Source of the DNA: Patescibacteria group bacterium
GTDB taxonomy: Bacteria > Patescibacteriota > Patescibacteriia > UBA2591 > UBA4787
Assembly: GCA_028715115.1 (NCBI GenBank)
Contig: JAQUSN010000002.1
Coordinates: 132,944-196,943 of the forward strand
DNA: 64,000 nucleotides
Direction: 5' to 3'
In this document: positions 56,902 to 64,000 of the stretch, in pieces
Position numbering within the stretch: the stretch's first letter is position 1
Layout: every line of letters begins with the position of its first letter
Translations under genes and position numbers: made by a program
The notes under the pieces: model-generated
The model's database searches: none
What the model was told of the DNA's origin: nothing
Seen by the model: the letters and a program-made list of their open reading frames with translations, nothing else

Positions 56902-59511
56902 ATGAATAATTTTACTATTAAAGCACAAGAAGCATTGCAAGATGCGCATAATATCGCCATGGAGTATGATCAGCAGCAAGTTGATACTCCTCATTTAATG
57001 TTAGCCCTAATCAGACAAGATGAGGGCGTTGTTTTGGCTATTTTTAAAAAATTAGGGGTTGACGTAGAGCGTTTTAAACAAGAATTAGAAAAAATTATTG
57101 AATATTTGCCTAATGTTAAAATTGGCGGCCCGGCCAACATTGCCGAAGTTTATATTACTCCCCTACTCCAACGAAGTCTATTTTTGGCCAACAAAGAAGC
57201 GGCCCGCTTAAAAGATGAATATGTTTCTACCGAGCACTTACTTTTAGGATTACTGGGGGTTAATTCCGTAGTAAAAGAATTAGCCAAGAAATTTAAAATA
57301 GATCCCGAGCAAATTTTAAAGGTTTTAGTAAGCGTGCGAGGCACTGAACGCATCACTGAACCGGAGCCCGAAGTAAAATATCAAGTTTTAGAAAAATATA
57401 CAAATAATTTAACTGAAGCGGCCAGACAAGAAAAAATAGATCCGATTATCGGGCGTGATGAAGAAATCCGCCGCTTGATTCAGGTCTTATCTCGTCGAAC
57501 AAAAAATAACCCAGTGTTAATCGGCGAAGCCGGCGTTGGCAAAACGGCCATTGCCGAAGGACTGGCGCAGCGAATAGTAAGCGGAGACGTTCCCGAGTCG
57601 CTCAAGAATAAAGAATTGATATCATTAGATTTAGGAAGTTTAATCGCCGGCACTAAATTTCGCGGTGAATTTGAAAATCGCCTCAAAGCCGTATTAAAAG
57701 AAATAAAACGCGCTGGAAATTATATATTATTTATCGACGAATTACATACATTGGTTGGCGCCGGCGCAGCCGAGGGCGCTATTGATGCGTCGAATATGTT
57801 AAAACCGGTATTATCGCGAGGAGAGCTGCATTGTATCGGCGCAACTACGCTAAAAGAATACCAAAAATATATTGAAAAAGATCCGGCCCTAGAACGCCGC
57901 TTCCAACCGGTATTAGTTATTGAACCGTCTATTGAAGATTCAACCGCTATTTTAAGAGGAATTAAAGAAAAATATGAAGTTCATCACGGTGTTAGAATAA
58001 CCGACGATGCGATTGTCGCAGCCGTTAAATTATCTTCCCGTTATATTACTGATAGATTTTTGCCAGATAAAGCCGTTGATTTAATGGACGAAGCGGCTTC
58101 ATCCCTTCGAATGCAAATCGAAAGTGAACCAGAGGAAGTTGATAAATTAAAAAGAAAGATTAAACAATTAGAAATAGAAAAAACAGCCATTAAGGGCGAC
58201 AAGAGCGCTAAAGATAAATTAACAAAAATTAACAAAGAATTGGCAAATTTAAAGGAAGAATATTCCAAATGGGAGATAAAATGGAAGACGGAAAAAGAAA
58301 TTATTACGGCATTAAGAGAAATTAAACAAAAAATAGATGAACTAAAACAAGAAAAAGAAATTGCTGAACGTTATGGCGATCTACAAAAAGTTGCCGAGAT
58401 AAAATATGGTCAAATCCCAGTTGCCGAAAAAGAAGCCATATCTCTCCACAAAAAACTAAATAATATCCAAAAAGAAAACAGAATTCTTAAAGAAGAAATA
58501 ACCGCTGAAGACATTGCTAAGGTCGTAGCTCACTGGACCGGCATTCCGTTAACTAAAATGCTAGAAGAAGAAACCAGAAAGCTGGCTCGCCTGGAAGAAG
58601 AGATCCATAAAAGATTAATTGATCAGGAAGAAGCCGTTGTTTCTGTCGCCAATGCTATTCGTCGAAACCGCGCCGGCATTAGTGAAGAAAATAAACCGAT
58701 TGGTTCGTTTATGTTCATCGGTCCGAGTGGCGTTGGTAAAACCGAATTAGCACGCGCTTTAGCTGAATTCATGTTCGACACAGAGCAGGCTTTGGTGCGA
58801 CTTGATATGTCTGAATATATGGAAAAGCACACTGTTTCTAAAATGATTGGCTCTCCACCTGGCTATGTTGGTTATGACGAAGGTGGGCAATTAACCGAAA
58901 TCATCCGCCGAAAACCGTATAGCGTAATTTTATTTGACGAAATAGAAAAGGCCCATCCTGACGTTTTTAATATTTTACTGCAAATATTAGACGATGGACG
59001 ATTAACCGACGCTAAAGGTAGGGTTGTTAATTTTAAGAATGCGATAATTATCATGACCTCTAACCTAGGCTCTGAATTAATACAAGAACAAGCCAAGCGA
59101 TCTGACTTCGGGTTTACGTCGGAAAAAGAAGACAATGGCTATAAAATAATCAAAGATAAAATATTTTTCAGGTTAAAAGAATATTTTCGCCCCGAATTTT
59201 TGAATAGAATCGATGAAATTATTGTTTTTAAGGCTTTAAACAAAGACGATATCAAAAAAATCGTCGACTTACAACTAAAACGTCTGGAGAAAAGGTTGAC
59301 GGAAAAGAAAATAAAGTTAATAATTAATAATGACGTTAAAGACCGATTAGCCGAACAAGGATATGACCCTGTTTTTGGCGCTCGCCCGTTGAAAAGACTG
59401 ATCCAAAGGGAAATTTTGGACAGATTAGCCATGGAAATCGTCAGTGGCAGAATAATTGACGGACAAAAAGTAAAAGTAACCTTAAAAAATAAAAAGATTA
59501 CCCTAGAATGA
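56902..59511 (+). CDS. clpB: ATP-dependent chaperone ClpB.
   Basis: Two AAA+ modules ([15 protein letters not shown]; [15 protein letters not shown]), a long middle coiled coil, and a Clp N-domain starting at MNNFTIKAQ. The ATG at 56902 is preferred over the TTG at 56869. Confidence 0.95.
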   Translation: MNNFTIKAQEALQDAHNIAMEYDQQQVDTPHLMLALIRQDEGVVLAIFKKLGVDVERFKQELEKIIEYLPNVKIGGPANIAEVYITPLLQRSLFLANKEAARLKDEYVSTEHLLLGLLGVNSVVKELAKKFKIDPEQILKVLVSVRGTERITEPEPEVKYQVLEKYTNNLTEAARQEKIDPIIGRDEEIRRLIQVLSRRTKNNPVLIGEAGVGKTAIAEGLAQRIVSGDVPESLKNKELISLDLGSLIAGTKFRGEFENRLKAVLKEIKRAGNYILFIDELHTLVGAGAAEGAIDASNMLKPVLSRGELHCIGATTLKEYQKYIEKDPALERRFQPVLVIEPSIEDSTAILRGIKEKYEVHHGVRITDDAIVAAVKLSSRYITDRFLPDKAVDLMDEAASSLRMQIESEPEEVDKLKRKIKQLEIEKTAIKGDKSAKDKLTKINKELANLKEEYSKWEIKWKTEKEIITALREIKQKIDELKQEKEIAERYGDLQKVAEIKYGQIPVAEKEAISLHKKLNNIQKENRILKEEITAEDIAKVVAHWTGIPLTKMLEEETRKLARLEEEIHKRLIDQEEAVVSVANAIRRNRAGISEENKPIGSFMFIGPSGVGKTELARALAEFMFDTEQALVRLDMSEYMEKHTVSKMIGSPPGYVGYDEGGQLTEIIRRKPYSVILFDEIEKAHPDVFNILLQILDDGRLTDAKGRVVNFKNAIIIMTSNLGSELIQEQAKRSDFGFTSEKEDNGYKIIKDKIFFRLKEYFRPEFLNRIDEIIVFKALNKDDIKKIVDLQLKRLEKRLTEKKIKLIINNDVKDRLAEQGYDPVFGARPLKRLIQREILDRLAMEIVSGRIIDGQKVKVTLKNKKITLE

Positions 59512-60878
59512 ATAGCCAATTAGGCAAAAAATCAATCGGCATTATCGCTTTATTGTTGTTTTTTGCAATTCCTAATTTTTCGTTTGCTCTGACTTTTGAC
59601 CCTAATTATATTATTTCAGATCACGAATTAACGAATTGGCAAAGCGCGACCAAAGACGAAATAATAGGATTCTTAAAAGGAAAAGGCGGTGCCTTGTCAG
59701 CATATTATACTTCTGATTTAGATAATCAGGTTAAACATGCCGGAGAAATAATTTATAATGCCGCCACAAGATACCAAATTAATCCCTTAGTCATTGTAAC
59801 GATTGTCCAAAAAGAGCAAACCCTTGTAACTCGCCAAGCCATAAAGAGCACGCAATATGATTGGGCTACCGGCTTTGCTTGTTATGACAACCGCAACCCA
59901 GTTAGCCGTTTTAGCGGTTTTACCATTCAGGTAGACAGAACCGCCTGGCGTTTAAGATATTTTTTGGAACATCCTTGGGAATTTACTTATCGAGCCGGAC
60001 AAGTGTATAAAATTAGCGGCCGAAAAGTCAGACCGCAAAATTTGGCTACCGCCGCTTTATATAATTATACTCCATATATAAATGGTAATAAACTTTTTTG
60101 GCAAATTTGGCAATCATGGTTTGCCAAAAAGGGATCTTTACCTAACGGCAGTTTAGTCCGGGCTTATGGCGAAAAAGGAGTTTGGTTGATTCAAAATAAT
60201 TTACGCCGCCCATTCTATTCTCGAGCAGTATTTTTGGCCAGTTATAGTTTTAGTAAAGTTAAAGAAATACCAAAAGAAGAATTAAATAGATATGAAGTTG
60301 GCGAACCGATGAGCTTTTCCAATTATTCTTTATTAAAGGCTTCTGGCGGCGAAGTATTTTTACTAGTAGACGGTTATCGACGGAAAATTGCCAGCGATGC
60401 GCTGCTTAAAGAGATAGGATTTTTACCCCAGGAAATTATTCCAGTTGAACAGACCGATCTATTGCAATATCCCGAAGGTAAAACAATTGCTACTCCCTAC
60501 CCTTCAGGAGCAATATTGCAAGACAAGGGTACGAATTTGATTTACTATATTCAAGAAAATCTCAAATATCCTATTATTGACGAAGTTATTTTGTATAATA
60601 ATTTTCCTTATGATCAGATTATAGATAGCAACACCGAAGAATTAGCTAATTTCATTACCACAGAACCCCTGAGACTGCGAGATGGCACATTGGTAAAAAA
60701 CAGTTATAGTCCCGCAATATATGTAATTGCTCAAGGCAAAAAAATGCCTATCGCTAATATGGAAACGTTTGACGCTTTGGGGTATAATTTAAATAATGTT
60801 TTATATATTAACGACGCGGTGCTTAATCTTCATCCCGCCGGTGACATTTTGGACATTAAGAATATTAGTAGGTTATAA
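59508..60878 (+). CDS. Hypothetical secreted protein (456 aa).
   Basis: Signal peptide. ATGA overlap with the clpB stop. Confidence 0.55.
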   Translation: MNSQLGKKSIGIIALLLFFAIPNFSFALTFDPNYIISDHELTNWQSATKDEIIGFLKGKGGALSAYYTSDLDNQVKHAGEIIYNAATRYQINPLVIVTIVQKEQTLVTRQAIKSTQYDWATGFACYDNRNPVSRFSGFTIQVDRTAWRLRYFLEHPWEFTYRAGQVYKISGRKVRPQNLATAALYNYTPYINGNKLFWQIWQSWFAKKGSLPNGSLVRAYGEKGVWLIQNNLRRPFYSRAVFLASYSFSKVKEIPKEELNRYEVGEPMSFSNYSLLKASGGEVFLLVDGYRRKIASDALLKEIGFLPQEIIPVEQTDLLQYPEGKTIATPYPSGAILQDKGTNLIYYIQENLKYPIIDEVILYNNFPYDQIIDSNTEELANFITTEPLRLRDGTLVKNSYSPAIYVIAQGKKMPIANMETFDALGYNLNNVLYINDAVLNLHPAGDILDIKNISRL

Positions 60879-60887
60879 TAAAATATT

Positions 60888-61673
60888 ATGATTTCTTTTG
60901 CGGCAATTACTCCGCACCCGCCGATTATTATTCCCGACATTGGGAAAGATAATTTAAGTTTGGCTAAGAAAACAATTGAAGGCATGGAAAAACTCGCCAG
61001 GCGGCTTAAAAGGGCCAATCCGGATGTTATTATTGTTATTTCTCCTCACGGAACTATTTTTGCTGACGCATTTTCTATAAATTTATCGGAAAAATATAAG
61101 GCTGATTTTAAACAATTTGGCGACGTTAGCACCAAATTAAATTTTTCCGGAGATGTTGTTTTGACTCATAGAATTTTTGAAAAACTGGAGGCCAAAATGC
61201 CGGTAATGATGTTGAATAATCCCAAACTTGACCATGGCGCAGCGGTTCCGTTATATTATTTAACGCAACACATTAAAAATTCTTCTATCATTCCGATCGG
61301 CTACTCATTATTAAGCTATCAGGATCACCTCGATTTTGGACAAAAAATAAAGGAAGAAATATTTTTATCCGATAAAAAAATAGCTATCATCGCCTCCGGT
61401 GATTTGTCGCATCGCTTGACCTTTGACGCACCGGCTGGTTATAATCCAAACGGAAAAATATTCGATGATAAACTTATTTCGTTATTAAAAACTAAATCGT
61501 GGAAACAAATATTAGATTTAGATCAAGGATTAATCAATGACGCAGGAGAGTGTGGCTTAAGGTCGATTTTAATTTTACTGGGCATAATAAAAAATCTTAA
61601 TTATAAACCGGAATTATTATCCTATGAAGGACCATTCGGCGTCGGTTATCTGGTTATGAATTTCAAACTTTAA
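60888..61673 (+). CDS. LigB/Memo-superfamily (class III extradiol dioxygenase-like) protein.
   Basis: N-terminal AAITPHPP ... VIIVISPHG pattern, typical of the LigB fold. The Memo-type HAGYxYSG motif is absent. Confidence 0.45.
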   Translation: MISFAAITPHPPIIIPDIGKDNLSLAKKTIEGMEKLARRLKRANPDVIIVISPHGTIFADAFSINLSEKYKADFKQFGDVSTKLNFSGDVVLTHRIFEKLEAKMPVMMLNNPKLDHGAAVPLYYLTQHIKNSSIIPIGYSLLSYQDHLDFGQKIKEEIFLSDKKIAIIASGDLSHRLTFDAPAGYNPNGKIFDDKLISLLKTKSWKQILDLDQGLINDAGECGLRSILILLGIIKNLNYKPELLSYEGPFGVGYLVMNFKL

Positions 61674-61748
61674 TCACATATTACACACATTAATTATACA
61701 AAAAATAGGTGCCATAAACACCTATTTTTGTATTTAAAATAAGTCAAT

Positions 61749-63251
61749 TTATTTAATTTTGTAAATCCAAATCTTTTTCAAGGCCTCTTTAGCCGCACTT
61801 AAATGTAAAATACTGCTAGTGTAAAGAGTAAACAATACATCGCCAGTCTTAACCGGTTCCTTGATCATTTTATGAAAATATATTCCGGCGGTTTTTGTAC
61901 CCGGAGCGCCAAGCAATCGGCAGATTTCAACTAGATTTTTATTATGCACCTCGGTTATTCTGCCGGTTTTATGCGCGATAATATCAAGTTTTATCTTGCC
62001 TTGTTTTATTTGTTCAGAATCCAGAGGCTTACCGCCTTGAATAGTGATAATTTGTTTCATTTTTTTCCAAGCATTGCCATTAATTAAGGCTTTGCGCGAA
62101 AAATAAGAACCCAACCCTTTCTTGACCTTGCCGGTTAATTCTAATAATTTGCCTGCTAATAAAATAGACTTTTCTTCTAGGTCAATCGGCCGATTCTCTT
62201 TTTGTTGTAAAACGCGTAAGACGTCTCTGGCTTCAAGTGTCGGACCAATACCCTTGCCAATCGGGCCTTTAACCGATTTACTGATAATAATTTTTATTTT
62301 AATATTAAATTTTTTAGCTAAAAATAGGAATAAGTTAGCAATTTTGCGAGCATCTTTCATATTTGTTACTTTGGCGGTCGGTCCGACCGGAATATCTAAG
62401 ATTAAATGAGTAACTCCTTCGCCCACCTTCTTCGCAATAATTGAAACAATCATTTTATTATATAATTCAATCCCGAGCTTATAGACAATGCTTAAAATTC
62501 GATCATCGGCTGGCGCAATGTCTTCGGCGCCCCAAACCAAGAAAGCGTTTGCTTTTTTAATAAACTTTTGTAAATCTTTGGCGCCGAAAGTTACGGGTGC
62601 TAAAACTTCGAACGTATCAGCAGTGCCAGCCGCCGAAGTAACGGCCCTGGTTGATGTTTTGGGAATAATAATGCCGTAGCTGGCGATTATTGCCACGATA
62701 ATTGGTGTAACTCGATTCCCAGGAATACCGCCAATAGAATGTTTATCGACGACAATATTGCCAAATCGAAAAATTTTTCCGGTATAAGCGATGGCTTTTG
62801 CTAAATAGAATAATTCTCGCCGAGATAAACAAGTGCTCTTTGAAAAAGCGCCGGCGACAAAAAAGGCCATTTCAGCATCATCTAATTTATATTCTACTAC
62901 GTCGTTAATAATCGAATAAATTTCTTTATAAGATAATTTTTTGCCCAATATCTTTTTTTGGATAGCCTTTATAGATTCTGAATGAGTTGATAGGGTGAGT
63001 TGAATTAATTTATTATTTTCAAATCGGCACTTATTAATAATATCTTCAAATAATCCAATTTGACCCGGCTTAACCATGCTGTCGGTAATATCGACAATAA
63101 CCTCTCTAGTGTGTTTGCCCCAGCGCAATAATAACTGATCGCCGGCCCTTAGGCCATTTCTTTGCGCATCGGCATTATTAATAATCACCACCCAAGGACT
63201 GCCTGTTTCGATATCTAGTTTTTTGACGCGAAGGAAAAAGAAATTTTTCAT
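61749..63251 (-). CDS. AMP phosphorylase (thymidine-phosphorylase family with N-terminal extension).
   Basis: Glycosyltransferase family 3 core (HSIGGIPGNRVTPIIVAIIAS ... TSAAGTADTFE). About 500 aa with the AMPpase-type N-domain. Adjacent to RuBisCO. Confidence 0.8.
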   Translation of the reverse strand: MKNFFFLRVKKLDIETGSPWVVIINNADAQRNGLRAGDQLLLRWGKHTREVIVDITDSMVKPGQIGLFEDIINKCRFENNKLIQLTLSTHSESIKAIQKKILGKKLSYKEIYSIINDVVEYKLDDAEMAFFVAGAFSKSTCLSRRELFYLAKAIAYTGKIFRFGNIVVDKHSIGGIPGNRVTPIIVAIIASYGIIIPKTSTRAVTSAAGTADTFEVLAPVTFGAKDLQKFIKKANAFLVWGAEDIAPADDRILSIVYKLGIELYNKMIVSIIAKKVGEGVTHLILDIPVGPTAKVTNMKDARKIANLFLFLAKKFNIKIKIIISKSVKGPIGKGIGPTLEARDVLRVLQQKENRPIDLEEKSILLAGKLLELTGKVKKGLGSYFSRKALINGNAWKKMKQIITIQGGKPLDSEQIKQGKIKLDIIAHKTGRITEVHNKNLVEICRLLGAPGTKTAGIYFHKMIKEPVKTGDVLFTLYTSSILHLSAAKEALKKIWIYKIK

Positions 63252-63259
63252 AATATTAT

Positions 63260-64000
63260 CTATAAATTACTTTTATTTTTCCAGTAATCGAGGGCGACTT
63301 TTAGTTCAGGACGGGTTTCGGCAAATTTCTCTAGCGGGATATGGCTCATGGCCGCTTCAACAGAAGCGCGAGCAGCCTTAGCGCCAGCATAAGTGCCGTC
63401 CGGATGGCCATGAATACCGCCGCCAAAATTTATAATAAGGTCTTTGCCTAATATTTTCATCAATCGAGGCGTTAAAGCCGGATGCAATCCGCCCGAGGCG
63501 ATAGGCATAACCGGCTTAATCTTACTTAAATCTTCTTTCAAGCTATGGAAATGCCCCCAATCTTCCTTTAATAAATTATCAATATCGGTTACTTCAGACT
63601 TTTCGCCTTCCATTTTACCAACTACGGTTCCGGTGTGGAGCTGATCAATGCCGGCCAAGCGCGATAGATGGGCAATCACCGACATAGCAATGCCTTGATT
63701 TTTGCTACGAGTAAAAGTCGAATGTCCCGCTCGATGACCATGAATAATCAGCCCTAAGTTTTGCGCTCGCAACTCTTGAATCGAAGAAAAGCCGGTGCTT
63801 ACAATATCAATCATGGCACAAGTACCGCCCATTTTTTTAATATACTTAGCTCGCTTAATCATTTCACTGGTTGGAGCCGTGACATTAAAAGCACAAACCT
63901 TTTTTTCGCCGGTTTTTATTTCTGCCTTTTTTGCTAAGGCTAAAGTTAACTTTACCCGTTTAGTAAAATGATTAAAGTCTTGATCTGTTAAATTTTCATC
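63260..64000 (-). CDS. rbcL: RuBisCO large subunit, form II/III-like (3' part; the gene continues upstream beyond the window end).
   Basis: GGGIHGHPDGTYAGAKAARASVEA and HTGTVVGKMEGE motifs. The frame stays open to nt 64000. Confidence 0.85.
   Translation of the reverse strand, partial: DENLTDQDFNHFTKRVKLTLALAKKAEIKTGEKKVCAFNVTAPTSEMIKRAKYIKKMGGTCAMIDIVSTGFSSIQELRAQNLGLIIHGHRAGHSTFTRSKNQGIAMSVIAHLSRLAGIDQLHTGTVVGKMEGEKSEVTDIDNLLKEDWGHFHSLKEDLSKIKPVMPIASGGLHPALTPRLMKILGKDLIINFGGGIHGHPDGTYAGAKAARASVEAAMSHIPLEKFAETRPELKVALDYWKNKSNL

Noticed and set aside
57150-59519. Multiple 60-126-aa ORFs antisense to clpB. Similar ORFs lie within dnaE, thrS and other long genes.
   Set aside because: These are shadow ORFs inside strongly supported long genes.
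1-64000. Alternative genetic code (UGA sense, as in some CPR lineages).
   Set aside because: TGA terminates well-supported genes (for example the RT at 1705-1707 and the GC-rich operon gene at 12266-12268). The long housekeeping ORFs contain no in-frame TGA. The code is standard.
1-64000. tRNA or rRNA genes.
   Set aside because: No cloverleaf-like segment with a GTTCRANYC T-loop, and no rRNA-like conserved stretch, was seen in the intergenic regions by eye. A tRNAscan or Infernal run would be needed to be sure.

Overview
This window is about 64 kb from a low-GC, reduced-genome bacterium; the roughly one-third GC background is a by-eye estimate, not a computed value. Its content fits a Candidate Phyla Radiation / Patescibacteria lineage. 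Housekeeping genes are present (thrS, dnaE, a SEDS FtsW/RodA gene, rplY, prfA, rpmE, rpsB, tsf, argS, pyrH, rplJ-rplL, gltX, clpB). A form II/III RuBisCO gene sits beside an AMP phosphorylase gene. Native genes almost never have a Shine-Dalgarno sequence. TGA is used as a stop codon, so the code is standard. No tRNA, rRNA or CRISPR array was recognised by eye. Five things stand out. (1) The 5' end carries a diversity-generating retroelement (DGR): an AAC-rich template repeat, an Avd-like four-helix-bundle gene and a DGR-type reverse transcriptase. A G10 homopolymer lies in their overlapping 5' ends, and no variable repeat or target gene is found in the window. (2) Five dispersed GC-rich small-gene cassettes, roughly 60% GC by eye, are scattered through the window. 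Each has a near-consensus TTGACA/TATAAT promoter, a strong AAGGAGG Shine-Dalgarno sequence, frequent GTG starts and flanking intrinsic terminators. Two are divergent pairs driven by palindromic bidirectional promoters, and GC-rich noncoding RNA-like units sit next to some of them. (3) An extra-AT-rich accessory island (33.0-36.9 kb) encodes putative PD-(D/E)xK/NERD nuclease-like proteins. It also holds a GNAT gene flanked by 33-bp GC-rich direct repeats. (4) A sugar or cell-surface modification cluster contains an LmbE-like deacetylase, a radical SAM/SPASM enzyme, a frameshifted methyltransferase paralog, a GT2 glycosyltransferase and an aminotransferase. (5) The rplL-downstream intergenic region (about 500 bp) is rich in repeats and hairpins. 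All functional calls come from motif recognition by eye; no database searches were run.
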